A stretch of DNA of 56,792 nucleotides from a virus (Duplodnaviria > Caudoviricetes), in IMG/VR virus record IMGVR_UViG_3300049043_000103, positions 1-56,792 of that record. One strand, written 5' to 3'. How positions within the stretch are numbered: the first letter of the stretch is position 1; each line of letters opens with the position of its first letter. A program made the position numbers and the translations under genes. Positions 20,677 through 32,429 of this stretch are shown here, in pieces. The notes below the pieces were generated by a model. The model ran no database searches, had not been told where the DNA came from, and worked only from the letters and a program-made list of their open reading frames with translations.

Positions 20677-21595
20677 TACCACGGCCTGTGATCGAGTTTG
20701 TCCACTTGTTTCGGGTAGCCCTTGAACCCCGAAAGCGCCGTAGCTATCGTTCTGCCTCAGCATCGCGTCGGCTACATCGGCATCAACCCAGAAACTCCCC
20801 ACCGGCTGCTCGTGCCGCGTTCCGCCACGGAGATAATCACCCCACGAGTTCTGACAGAGAAGACCCCGCGCTTTGAGAAGTCATCAACCCCCGTAAACGC
20901 CATACAGTGAGCCCAAGAGCCCTTCGCCTACAGAACCCCTCCGAGTCCCGCTCCATCGTGAACCCGACATTGGAACACACCGCGACCGGATACCCGTTGG
21001 CGATTGAATCCCGCGCCTCCTCATAACTCGTGACCAACGCCGTAGTCTCTACAGGATGCTCGTCAGCGACCTTCTCCAAGTCGAAAGGCAGTCCCTTGAA
21101 TCCCCAGTCCTTAGCCCGCTCACCGGAATACTTCGAGAGATTCACCCCGATGCCGTAATCCTTGCGGATCAGAGTCCCGTTCTCCTTGACCGCTGCCTGA
21201 GCCCAAGAACCAACCGAGCCATCAGAATTGCGGAGCCGCCCCTGACCTTGAATCACCCGGCTCGTGCCGTAAATCCACTCCGTCGCACAGTCCGCAAGGT
21301 ACTGCTCCGCCTCACCCCGAAGGACAATCTCCACCGCCGAAAGTACGTCAACACAGTGACCGAAACCCCAGCTAACGCAATCTCCGATAGCCTGCTCTCT
21401 GGACTCATCGGCCTGCCGAGAACGGTTTGGAGCGCCTTATAAAGTAAAACCACTTTACCTTGTCCAGAATCAGCAAGGGCAGGGGCCGCGCTGCTGAACA
21501 GCCGCGCAAAACTCACCAGCTCATCATGCCGCTTCGCTACCTCGTAACTTCGCTTCCTCGGGCGGAATCCACCCCTCCATCCGGTCGAAACTCAT
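20676..21595 (-). CDS. Papain-like (C1) cysteine peptidase
   Basis: QQ.IGDCVSWG, DGSVGSWA, HCMA, QNSWG, GSFWVD reconstructed across indels. Confidence 0.8.
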
Positions 21596-22266
21596 TACTT
21601 CACCTCCCCAAGTCCCTTGGATATCTGCCGGTAAGCCTCAATCAATTTCTGCCGCTCGCCAATCGGTTCAAGCTCCCGAGCTATCACTGTTGCCCACGAA
21701 CCCCACGCCGCTCGCGCCTCTTCAGTTAGTGCCTGCGCGGTTACTCTCTCTAAGCTGAATTGTCATCTGCTCGGCTGTCATGCTCGGTAACGCCGCAGCC
21801 TGTGAAGCCACAGAAGAATAAGACTTCGCAAGCTCCTGAGCCTCAGATTCACGGCTCACGCTGAACACCTTCAGCGCACTCTCATAGGCTGTTTTCGCTA
21901 GTCCACTCAGCCCGTTATCCGGAATATCAGGCTCGGGAACCGGCTCACCACCAATCACCACCTTGCCCGAGAACTTCTCGACCGCTCCAGCTTTCCAGCC
22001 ATACACCCGCACGAGATACTCTCCCGGCGCCGCTACAGGAATCCGAATTGTCGCCCTGAGTCCGTCTTCAGCTCACGGTAAGAAACGCCCTGATCGAGCG
22101 TTCTCCAAACCTCTACATCAATCTCCAGCCCCTCGGCACTCTCCACCGAAATAACCGCAAGCTGATGCTCGCCAACCTGTCTTGGGATCTCTACCTTCAG
22201 CTGACCACAGCAAACCGCCGGAATCAGCACCAAAAGCAAACCCGTTATCCTATTTCTCGCGTTCAA
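21595..22266 (-). CDS. Exported hypothetical protein
   Basis: Signal-like ITGLLLVLIPAVCCG; beta-rich domain, PVPEPDIP linker, helical domain. Confidence 0.6.
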
Positions 22267-22435
22267 GTTTTCGCCTCCAGTAATCCGTAAAATATGCCGC
22301 CTCCAGCCAACCCGCCAGCCACGCTTGACGCTGCCCGCTCTTGTACGTTCTCGGCTTGCTTGGCTCGTGCCTGTATGGACAATCACTCTGATCCCGACCC
22401 GCCAGATAAGCCAACCGACCCGCCTTCGAAATCAT
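22250..22435 (-). CDS. Rmf/CrpP-like small protein
   Basis: GRLAYLAGRDQSDCPY...RQAWLAGWLEA fits the RMF pattern G..A...G....CPY...W..GW..A. Confidence 0.6.
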   Translation of the reverse strand: MISKAGRLAYLAGRDQSDCPYRHEPSKPRTYKSGQRQAWLAGWLEAAYFTDYWRRKLEREK

Positions 22436-23125
22436 CAGGCCAGTTCTCCACCGGCCCGCTCAGTCTCAGCGCCTTTCTAATCGCCTCCAGCGACCCACAC
22501 CGCACAGGCCACGTTACCCGGCACTCTCCTCCGTGTACGTTCTTCGTCTGCTTACTCCCACTCCACGCCATGCCGCCAGAAATCACACCCACCAGCTCGC
22601 CAGACTCACTCAGCACCGCCCCACCGGAATCACCCGGTATCACGTAAGCATCAACGCCCAGCACACTCTCCGAACTAACGCCCACCACGCCCCGGAAGTG
22701 CCGCAGTTCTCCCCCACCACCAAAACCGCACACCTCCACCACAGAACCATCTTCGGGACTCGTCTCAGCCAGCTGCAAGCCCAAACCAGCAGGAACCTCT
22801 ACGCTCAAAATCCCCACATCCGTTTCCGTGTTCACCCCGGTACACCGTTGCGCTGCGAACCTCTCCACCTGAAAACTCCACCTTAAAACTCAAACCCCTA
22901 TCAAGTACGTGCTCGCCGCTGTGACCACCTTTCCACCAATCACAACACCCGACCCCGAAGCCTGCATCCCCATACCGAGATCCCGCCCGTGACCCTGACC
23001 ATCGACTTGTGAGGCGCCGAATTGTCCGTCCACTCCCACCACTGAGTATCTTTGCCGACCTGAGCTATCGCCTCGACTGAAGAAGTACAATCACACCACA
23101 TACGAGGGCGAAGGAGATACAAGGA
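22383..23125 (-). CDS. Trypsin-like (S1) serine protease
   Basis: SGSGVVIG, VVTAAHV, TDVGIL, PGDSGGAVL, LVGVISGG. Confidence 0.85.
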
Positions 23126-23559
23126 TCACCTACCTTTCTTGGGCTAGACCGGCCTCCGGTCGCCCTAAAGGTATCCAACCCTACTTTTTCGTCAAATCGA
23201 AGCGCGTAGCCGTGCGCCGCTGAGACGCCTCTGTGATCACCGCTGACACTCTTGGGCCAATCTGGGGAAGGATCCCTCAGCTCCTTACCGAAATGCCCGA
23301 TTAACTGCGGCAACGCTACAGATCCCTGCGCGTAGAAAGCGTTCTGCGATATCGTCCGGTATCCCTACCAACTCCAGTGGAGGGCTTCTTCTGGATCGTC
23401 ATAAGCGGCTAGTTCTGCAAAGTACCAATCTTACCATCGCATAGCAGCGGTCTTGGTTTCTTTGGTTTAAGGCTATCCCTAGTTTAACTAGGAACTGGTT
23501 CTCTGATCTGGGGCTCGATGATTTCTGAGTTTCGTTTCATGGTTCCATTCTCCTTAACG

Positions 23560-23954
23560 CTACTTCAATCCGTTTCTTGTACGCTTCGATCAGGCCAGTT
23601 AGCTCCTCTGCCGTGTATGTGCGGTTCTCGTTTCTCTGCCGCCTCAGCGCGTCAATCACCTCACGCCCTGCCTCGATTCCATGAAGATGAAGTATTCCTC
23701 TTTCCGCCCGTTAAGCATGACATTGCAGCCCATGCACTGCGGATAGATTCCCCGTTCATCAAATAGAATCGAGTTGTAGCGCCCGTCGATGAAATGCCCC
23801 GCCTGAATCCCGCGATTCCAAGGGAGCCGGACTCCGCAAGTGATGCACGTTACCAGCCCATCCAGTTCTCGCGATTCGAGCCGGATGGTTTTGCTGGGTA
23901 GCTCCCAAGCCTTTTTCTTGAGCTGCTTCGACCCCTTTGGACTTCTTGACCACC
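23560..23954 (-). CDS. ninG: NinG/Rap-like recombination endonuclease
   Basis: VTCITCG...QAGHFIDGRYNSILFDE...PQCMGCN. Confidence 0.8.
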
Positions 23955-24037
23955 TTCCGAGTGGTTGGTTTCTTCGCGCGAATCCTCCGCGACTCAGCGG
24001 GGTTTGCGCTTCAGTGGCTTGCGGCGCATCGGCATGA

Positions 24038-24289
24038 TTAAGCGCTCTCCCCGGTTGTAAATTCCTCTACTGCCATCGCCATCAGGCCAACTTGCGCGAG
24101 AATACCCATGATTGAGATAGCCGCTCGCGGATCGCCGGAGAAGTGGCTGATAATCCCGCGTAGCTGTTCGCCCTCTGTATCCTCTGGGAAGTGGGTTACG
24201 ATCATTTCTCGGGCTAGTGTCGATTTCTGGTCGTACTCAGCCTGCGCTATTGCTCGCTGCCTATCCCAGAACTTTGATAAATCCGCCAT
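24038..24289 (-). CDS. Hypothetical protein
   Basis: GGAGG RBS, 83 aa. Confidence 0.6.
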   Translation of the reverse strand: MADLSKFWDRQRAIAQAEYDQKSTLAREMIVTHFPEDTEGEQLRGIISHFSGDPRAAISIMGILAQVGLMAMAVEEFTTGESA

Positions 24290-24532
24290 GACTTCAGCCT
24301 CCTATTTGTGATTTACCCGATTGAACTTCAATCTGACGAAACAATTCACTACGCATCCGCCTCCGTGTTAATTGCCGACGACACCATTTCCGTTAATTTC
24401 ACTACACCGCGAAAATGCGGTTCCCAGTAAAAGCCCGCCTATAACACCGGCGGCTTCCAGTTGCTTGTTAAAGGTTTTGTGCCTCTGGCTCGTCGTCTAC
24501 TAATTTCTTGGCCGAATCAATCCATGCCTTGT

Positions 24533-27240
24533 TTACCACCTTCGACCATTCTTCTTTTCTCGCTGCAAAGATGCTCGACCGGCTGCGTATGCAGCCTGCC
24601 AGACCTTCCACGCTTCAAATGTCGCTGTGAAGGCGTAATCGCTCAAACTTCCGTCTTTCCAGTTTACGCGAGCCAGCGACATGCACCTTTTTTCAGCCCA
24701 CCTCCTCAAACTCGGCTTCTCCATTTTTTCGTCGCTCATTTATTTTTCTTCCTGTGCCTTCTCGCCAGTCGGCATACTGATTGAGCCAGTCGGCCAGTTG
24801 GCGGGCTTTGGGTAGCACTTCCGACCAGCATCGATACGTCTTGATTTGTCGCTCGCATTACATCGTTGAATGAGTTGCATTTAATCAGCGTGTGTCTGAT
24901 TTTGATTGGTTCCGGCTTGCTGTGGATGCGTCGGCGGACGGCAGGATAGGCTTTTGCTGTGTATGGAACACTCATGGGAACTTGCATCCACCGCTTCTCA
25001 AATCTATGCCAAGGCTCGTCACCGTCCTTGACTACCTCGTGTAGTCCCAGCAACCGCCATCCCTTGCCCGGTTCTGATCTGCTCGCTCATTCGCCTGCCT
25101 CCGGTTTTCGTTTCGCCGCCTTGCCAATCAACTCCTGCACAAAATTCCGTTGGTTATGCGGCTGGTAGCCTTCCAGTAATCCCTTGTCTGCACCTTGAAC
25201 GAACTCAAGCCGTTGAATCGCCACGCGGAACACCTCGGACATTTGCAGCGTGATAGACTTGCCTCCAACTGCAATGCCGCCACTTCCGCCAGTTGTTGCG
25301 TCTGACACGAACCGCAACGATGAAATCAAATCGCCAACGTCTTTTGTTCGCCGCTTGGCTTGGTCCTGAATCATCTTGATTAAACGCTGCTGGTCTTTTT
25401 CGGCCTCAATCAAGGCCCGCACCCACTCAACGATGCTTGCTCCTTCGCGAGTGACCGTAGGCTTCTGAAATCAGGTCCATTACCTCGAACGCTTCGGCAG
25501 CGTGCTTGCGGACCTCCAGCATTTGGTCGCCATTGCAAGTCAGGCACTTCTCAGGTTGTCTTTTCGATTTGCTCACTCCACCACCTCCACACCAAATGGG
25601 GTTCCGTCGTCAAACGTGATTTCGATATAAGCCTGCTCCCAAGTGAACTTAATGTCCTCGGAAGTAAACGCGGTTCTAGTGACATTCTGGCACCCGTGAT
25701 TCGCAATCAATAATCTTGCACCACCTATCCCGATGCGGCTTGAACTCATCGGCATTAGCAAACGGCCTGTAGGTTCTTTCGGCCGCTCGACTTTGCGAAC
25801 GATGGGGTAAACCGTGTTGTAAAAAACGCCTTCGTCGTATTTGTCGATATGCCCAACTCGACCGTGTATAAACAACTCCCCATCTTTCGGGATTCCAACA
25901 CGAACCAACTCATAACCTTCTGGAATCCCGTCAACTTTCATCGCTTCCACCCTTTCAATCTGATTGACTGCTTTTCTTGGTTCGTCGTTGTTCATTGGTT
26001 TCATTGACGCCTCAAGTACCCCGCGTTTCCATGCGGGCCACGCTTCCACTTCCTTGCTCGCTTCGTCGATAAACTTGCGTAACGCCACAAAATCCATCAC
26101 TCATCCTTACTTTCCGTCTGCCTTGTTAATTGCCAAAACTGCCCTGTGTGCAGATTTTCCATTTCCTCGAATTGCTTGTGACTTCCGAATCCGTACTCGT
26201 TCCATGCCTTAGCCATCGCCATGCACGCCTCATACAGCTCTGGTGCTGCGGCAATCAGGTTTCCATTTGATTCGGCGTTTGTGGTTCGCATGTGCGACAG
26301 TTGAAATCGCAAACTCTCCGCCATCTTCGTAACGTACGACCTCTTTTGTTTCAGGCTTGATATACCCACGGTCCCGGTGTAAACTCCGCCATCGCCTGCC
26401 TCCGTTAAAACCCCGAATTCCCACTTCTTTTCGATGTTCACGAAATCAATTTCGGGAACCTTTTCCCGACGTTTTCCCCGACATTCCAGCGTTATACAGA
26501 CGGGAATCTGCATAATGCTTGTTATGCCTACAAATGTCCTTTACCTTTGCATGCATCGCACGGCATCCAAACCTGCGTACCTCCGCTACCTCTAACTGTA
26601 CTGGACGCAAACCGTTCCAGTTCCCTTGCAGTTCGAGCATCCAGTATTGTTTGTTGCGCGGTAGATGATTGTCGTCAGCAGGGTTCTTGCCATGTTTGTC
26701 TAATCTGTTCCACGCTTGGCATAACAACGGATTCCACCGAAGCCTCATTCATCTCGCTCATTCTCGTTACCTATTTCCTTTCGGCTCGGCTGAATCCGAG
26801 CGTTATCCGGGATGAGCCCACTAAACGTCTTTGCCATGAAGCTCATGTTCGCCGCGTTGACCAAATGCAAGCGGGTATATCGGAATCCACCATCGCCATC
26901 ATCTTCGATTGTGCCCATAACGTTGCCCACCCAATAAACTTCTAGTTTGCCCTCTAACCCGATGTCACTATACCCAGTACCTCCGGACCACTGATTCAGA
27001 AACGAAAGCAACTCACCGACCGCTTTGCACTCTTCTGCACTATGCTGGTATCGCACGTTGGCTATCGCGTCCGTGAATCGTTCCTCCCATCCATCCTGTA
27101 GTCTCTTGACACAATCCAAGCACCAACCAGAATCCGAATGGGTCGCAATTCATCAAATGCGGAATCGTCATAAAATCCCTCGATAACAAACCGTTGCACC
27201 AAGCCGCCGTAGGTGCGTCGTTTACATGGGAACCGTTCAC
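24533..27240 (-). other. Array of small hypothetical accessory ORFs
   Basis: Tightly packed minus-strand ORFs (e.g. 24533-24739, 25087-25422, 25573-26100, 26745-27119) with overlapping stop/start codons. Confidence 0.6.
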
Positions 27241-27278
27241 CGGCGGCTAGGTGAACGGTAGCGTTGTCTTAAAAACTG

Positions 27279-27558
27279 CCGTCTCTCCGGCTGTCACGCA
27301 CACCCTAGTCGGGCCGACGCTGCTAGTACGTTTCACTCGTTCTTCTATCCTCGAACAGGACGCCAGTACGTTAATCGCATCGTCATGCGACCCTCTGACG
27401 ACGGGCGACGATTTTTCAGACGCCAATGAATCGGGCAGGAATTGCACCTGCTTACAGGTTGAGCTATCGGTTATTGGCAGACCTTGATGCATTACAACCG
27501 TGCTATCGCGTGTCACTGTCCACGCCGCCGAACCAAAATACCGTCTCTCCGGCTGTCA
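27279..27558 (-). repeat. 18-bp exact direct repeat TGACAGCCGGAGAGACGG x2
   Basis: Copies at 27279-27296 and 27541-27558. Confidence 0.85.
27428..27534 (-). ncRNA. tRNA-like element with enlarged central arm
   Basis: GGTTCGG acceptor, GCGTGGACAGTGACACGC D-like arm, GCAGG-TGCAATT-CCTGC T arm. Confidence 0.5.
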
Positions 27559-27609
27559 AGCACTTTCGCTTCGTCAGCACGCTTTCCACTTCGGCGGTGC
27601 TTGCTCAAT

Positions 27610-27706
27610 AGCTGGTGCCGGATTCGAACCGGCTATTGGCTTCCGCACCGTCAGGAGAGCCATATCCCTGATGCGGATATTGCGTGTTCCCACCACGCCG
27701 ACCAGC
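27610..27706 (-). ncRNA. tRNA-like element with enlarged central arm
   Basis: GCTGGT/ACCAGC acceptor, GCGTGGTGGGAACACGC D-like arm, GCCGG-TTCGAAT-CCGGC T arm. Confidence 0.6.
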
Positions 27707-27712
27707 AAAAAT

Positions 27713-27780
27713 CGCTCCGGCTGGACTCGCCGCCAGCAGCTTTCCCCTTGTCGGGTTGCGTCTACTTTCCGCCACGGAGC
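27713..27780 (-). ncRNA. Degenerate tRNA-like element
   Basis: GCTCCG/CGGAGC acceptor, TGGCGGAAAGTAGACGC Leu-type D arm, GCTGG..CCAGC T-like arm. Confidence 0.5.
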
Positions 27781-27824
27781 AGCTTCGGATTCACCGACCG
27801 AAGCAATCAAGGCCGCTCCTATCC

Positions 27825-28193
27825 CTAACGGCCCTGCGGTTGTTCAACTACCGAAACATTCGGCCAGCGCGATGCAATCCATGCCGCGAGCGATTGACCG
27901 CCTGACTTGCGCAGCCCACCCCTCGACCTACGCAAACATTCCCGACACAGGCGATCTCGGTAATCGCGCCGAGACAAGCAAACGCCGACTGCGCTGGGCT
28001 TCCCATCCACCAGCGCCGCGGCGTCTGCCTCCGTAGCGGTTCCACTTGATCGGTAAATAACCTCCGCCCCACGGAACCCGCGATCATGCTGAAACACCCG
28101 GCTCCGGTTCAGCTCGACCGCGTACTCCTGCGCACTCTGTGCCAATGAAACCTGACAAAACCCAACCACCAAAAGAAACGCAAAGAAACGCAT
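27825..28193 (-). CDS. Small secreted protein
   Basis: Signal peptide MRFFAFLLVVGFCQVSLA; GGAGG RBS. Confidence 0.6.
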   Translation of the reverse strand: MRFFAFLLVVGFCQVSLAQSAQEYAVELNRSRVFQHDRGFRGAEVIYRSSGTATEADAAALVDGKPSAVGVCLSRRDYRDRLCRECLRRSRGGLRKSGGQSLAAWIASRWPNVSVVEQPQGR

Positions 28194-28214
28194 AAAAACC
28201 TCCGTGAAAAAAAC

Positions 28215-28528
28215 TAAACCCGTTTACCACCGTGACGGTAGCCGCTGCTTGTTCTTGTTCAGCTTGCGGATTACCTCACTATCCAAATCAATTCCTAGGC
28301 CACTCGCCAAATCCAGTACCCGGATCAGCGTATCTGCCAGCTCCTCAGCAAAGTTTGCCCGCGTCATCCTTGCGATAGGCTTCCAGCCGCCTCCGAGACT
28401 TCTGAGGTAATCAGCGCGAGCTTGGCCGGAATCTTGTACTCAGTCCCCGCCCAGTCTCCCGGCTTGGTTACGTCCCACCCGTTATCTTCATTGATAACCA
28501 GAATCTCAGCGCCTAACTTGTTGAGCAT
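28215..28528 (-). CDS. MazG-like NTP pyrophosphohydrolase
   Basis: KLALITSEVSEA...FAEELADTLIRVLDL. Confidence 0.82.
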
Positions 28529-28781
28529 TGCTAGACTCCAAAAACTCCTTCCCTGTGTCTGCAAGTGACTCCATAGCTTCCGCAATACGGACAAGGCCAG
28601 CAGCAACGCTAAGAATTGATTGGATTAGGCTTATTTTCCCATCCTCCCCGCCGTTGATGAGTCCGTCCTGTATCACGTCTGCCAAGTTAAGCTCGTCGGT
28701 CCCTAATCGAAAGCAGTCGCTTAGGTTGTTAGAAAGGTCATACAAAGCATCTTCCACTACTCACTCCTTAATCACAGCACC

Positions 28782-29192
28782 TTAAATAACTCAATCGGAA
28801 TATCCACCACTGGCTCAACGTCCTGCCAATCGCCGCGATCCACGCCGCCTGCCCATCCTGAACGCCCGATATCCTATCGGCCTTCCAGTACCCGATCCCG
28901 TCGTCCCACTCAACCACCACGAGAAACGGCAAACCCGTCTCCCGCGCTAACTCCAGTCCGTGAGTTACTTTCGAGAACTCAGCATCAGCGTCGGGTACTT
29001 GTCCCGCGAGTTGTGGCGCCTCTTGCACTCGCACCAACACGCAACCTCTGAGCATCGCAGTAGAGCCCAGTCAATCCGGTACTGCATCGGCAACTTCGCA
29101 TACGAAACACCCCATCTCTCCGCTGCCGTGCGAATCGTCGCTTCCTCTGCTGCGCAAGTTCTTCCGTTCTCGTAGATGGGTCGCAAATTCAT
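28782..29192 (-). CDS. Putative PD-(D/E)xK nuclease
   Basis: YRIDWAL...CECKRR...YPTLMLS...FLVVVEWDDG. Confidence 0.55.
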
Positions 29193-29212
29193 GCCTCCGT
29201 TGCAGTTCTCAA

Positions 29213-29259
29213 AATATACGCGATTGTGTCTAGACACGCAATAGACTAGCGCTTAGAAT
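29213..29259. promoter_or_regulatory. Divergent promoter pair with palindromic operator
   Basis: Minus TTGCGT-N17-TATATT; plus TAGACA-N17-TAGAAT; palindrome GTGTCTAGACAC at 29226-29237 at the strand switch. Confidence 0.6.
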
Positions 29260-29281
29260 CCCGAACACAGGAGGCGAAAAT

Positions 29282-29887
29282 ATGGAAAATCAACTGACCG
29301 CGCCGGAGCGGACTGACTTACGGAAACTCTGCAAAATCGTTGAGGACGGACTCGGCAAGTTCATCGAGGTCGGCTCGGCTCTGCTGGAGATTAACGAGCG
29401 GAAACTGTACCGGGAAACGCACAAGACCTTCGAGGCGTTCGCTTCGGAGAAGTTCGGGATCAGTAAGTCTCACGCATACCGGATGATTGAAGCCGCTGAG
29501 ATTAGAGCCGACTTGTCTCCAATTTGGGGACAGTCTCCAATCGCTGCCGCTATCAACACTGAGGGGCAACTGAGGGAACTCGGGCGAGTTGGCTCGGAAG
29601 CACTACCGGATATCGTGGAGAAAATCGCGGAGAAGTGCGAAGCCGAAGGGTGCAAGCCAACCGCAAAGGTAATCAAAAGCGTGGTCGATGAAACGCTCGG
29701 GAAAACCAAGCCTGAGCCGAAGCCGGTTAAGCCTGAACCTGAGCAGGATTCCGTAGTCCGCGAGGAAAGGCATCTCCGCCTTGCTCGTCAGCACCTTAAC
29801 GGCCTGCGGCTGGCTCTCTCAAATCTCGGAGCTGGCCGAAAGTTCGATGAATACTGGTCCACGGTGGAAGATTGGCTCGACGGATAG
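29282..29887 (+). CDS. Putative DNA-binding protein
   Basis: VGSALLEINERKLYRETHKTFE..FGISKSHAYRMIEAA, a motif common in phage proteins. Confidence 0.7.
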   Translation: MENQLTAPERTDLRKLCKIVEDGLGKFIEVGSALLEINERKLYRETHKTFEAFASEKFGISKSHAYRMIEAAEIRADLSPIWGQSPIAAAINTEGQLRELGRVGSEALPDIVEKIAEKCEAEGCKPTAKVIKSVVDETLGKTKPEPKPVKPEPEQDSVVREERHLRLARQHLNGLRLALSNLGAGRKFDEYWSTVEDWLDG

Positions 29888-30114
29888 GATATTGAGTTTA
29901 TGCGATGCAAAGGATGCGGCAAAGAGTGGAAAGACGACGCGGAGAGAATGGTTTTTCTCAATCGGTTCGTCCGGTCTAGGCGCAAAGAGCCTGTTTTGAT
30001 TATTCCTGCATCCCCTGCGGGAAGGTTAAAGGCACTCAAGGAAAGAGCGTATCAGGCAACTCGGTTCAGCTCTGGAGATGAGCCTGAATGGACCCCGCGT
30101 AAGGAGCTAATCTG

Positions 30115-31690
30115 ATGGAACTGTGGCCCCACCAAATCCGAGCGATTGAGCAGTCTCGCGCCGCGTACCGGGCCGGGCAGTCCGCTTGGGCTATCGTCGC
30201 GCCGTGCGGAGCTGGAAAGACGGAAATCATGCACAGGCTGGCTATTCCTGCGGCTCAGGCTGGGAAACGAGTTTGTATCTACACTCACCGGATCCTGCTT
30301 ACCAGACAGATTATCGACGGGCTCCAGTCTACGGGAGTTCCCTTTGGGGTAATCGCTTCGGGATTTTCCGAGAAGGCTAACCCAGAAGCCCTGATTCAGA
30401 TTTGCTCGCTCGATACGGTCTACGCACGGATGAACCGCGTATCCTTCGATTTCCCACTAGCCGACCTTGTGATCGTGGACGAAGCCCACCAGCAGACCGG
30501 CGAAAAGGCTCGGGCAGTGTTCGATAGACACAAACAGCAAGCGCGCCTGCGCATCGGATTCACCGCTACTCCCGTCGATATTGGCGGAATGTACGAGAGC
30601 CTCGTAGACGCGGGCCGGTATTCAGAGATGCTCGACTGTCGAGCCCATCTCCCAATGATTTGCTACGGACCTGACCGTCCTGACCTTGAGAAAATTCGGC
30701 CTATGCCCGGAGGGGATTTCTCCTATGCCGATGACCGCAGGATCAACTCCGTTCCAACGATTGTGGGCAGAGTGTACGAGTGGTGGAAGAAACTCAATCC
30801 ACTGGAAAAGCCCGCTATTGCGTTTGCGCCCGGTGTGGCTGAGTCCCGCTGGTTTGTCCGCGAGTTTGCCAAGCGCGGGGTTCCCTGCGCCCATATCGAC
30901 GGCGAGCGCCGCGTATTCGCCCGTTGGAACGATCAAGGGACTGAGATTGAGATTACCGAAGCCGAAACCTCTGATTCCACGAGAAAGGAAGTGATTGACG
31001 GGTTGACTTCCGGCGAGTTTAAGATTCTATGGAATCGGTTTGTCCTGCGCGAAGCTATCAATATCCCATCGGTCTACCACGTTATTCTCGCAACCAGCAT
31101 GGGCGGAGTCTCAACCTACCTCCAGAGCGTAGGCCGAGGGCAACGGTTCCACGGAAGCTGTGATCATAAAATCTTGCAGGACCACGGCGGGAATATCGAC
31201 CGGCACGGACTTCCCGGTGAGGATCGCCAGTGGGAACTTGGATGCTCGGATAACTCGATTCACAAGCAAGAAAAGGAACGCCGCAAGAAAGAGCAGGGCG
31301 ATGAGGCCGAGCCGATTTGCTGCCCACAGTGTACGGCGATGAGAACTCACGGCAGTATCTGCCCGGTTTGCGGCTACCACCATAAGCGGAGCGTTCGTGT
31401 CGTCCGGCAAATCGACGGGCAGCTAGTCAAGAAGACCGGACGGGATACCAAATACAAACCGCCCAAGACTTTCGATAGCGTCTGCGCTCGCAGCTCTACG
31501 CCTCAAGTATTCTCGGGCATAGCGTTTCGCAGGCGTATCATCTGGCCCGTAAAAAGGCGGAAAATCAGGGAGTCAAAGTAGAGTCCAAGCATTACCGATT
31601 CCCTGATAAAGGCTCACCTGACTGGAGACGCAGTATCAGCGAGGTGTACCCGCAGTTCATTCCGAAAGCGAGAATCAAATGAGCAGTTCT
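30115..31690 (+). CDS. SF2 DEAH helicase with C-terminal Zn ribbon (RadD/YejH-like)
   Basis: APCGAGKT, DEAHQ, FTATP, QSVGRG, CPQC..CPVC. Confidence 0.9.
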
Positions 31691-32429
31691 TCCGATTGTG
31701 ACCGGATTTCAGGTTCGTGGACTGGGTTTGTGATAAGTGTGACGCGCAAAACTACTCGGACGATTTCGGCCCCTGCGAGTGCCACTGGTGTGAGCGGGTT
31801 GTATCGGTCTTCCCACGCAGCATTAGCGCCACCAGTAGCCAGAAGCGGATCAAGACAATCGGCAACTGGAATCGTAAACCAAAGGAGGAATAGGTTTTTG
31901 TATTTGACTCTAGTATTGGTCTCGGTCTGAGGATTCTCGCATCCCATCGCTACGCGATTTGAGCGGGCTTCTTATGCCGCTCACTTGACAATTTCTGGCG
32001 CTCTCTAGCGCAGTCGTGAAGCTGTGGGATACAAGTGGGCGGCATAAGCGGCCTTCTCTAATTTATTCGGCGTAGGTTGCTCCACGCTAACGGGCTATTC
32101 GCACCAGTGAGCAAAGCTAAAGTCTGACAGCCCTCTAACTGCTTGCGAGCGGATTGGGCCAGCAGATTCCCAGCGTCTCCCGGTGTGCTGACGACTCCGA
32201 CCGGCGCAAAGCGAGTTGGGCGTGGTGGGTTTCGCGCAAGCCACTTGAGAGCCACGTAAAACCAAGTCTCAAGGATGCAAGCCGATGGTGGCTCCAGCGG
32301 TATAGCATCCGTCGATTTCCTTTTTCTCGTAAAAAAGGGAGTCGATGCGCCTCCGGTTCACCAACGGTATAGGTTGCGCCTGGATAGTTCTTCCTTAGCT
32401 TGTTACCGAATAGAACATTCAGACACCCT

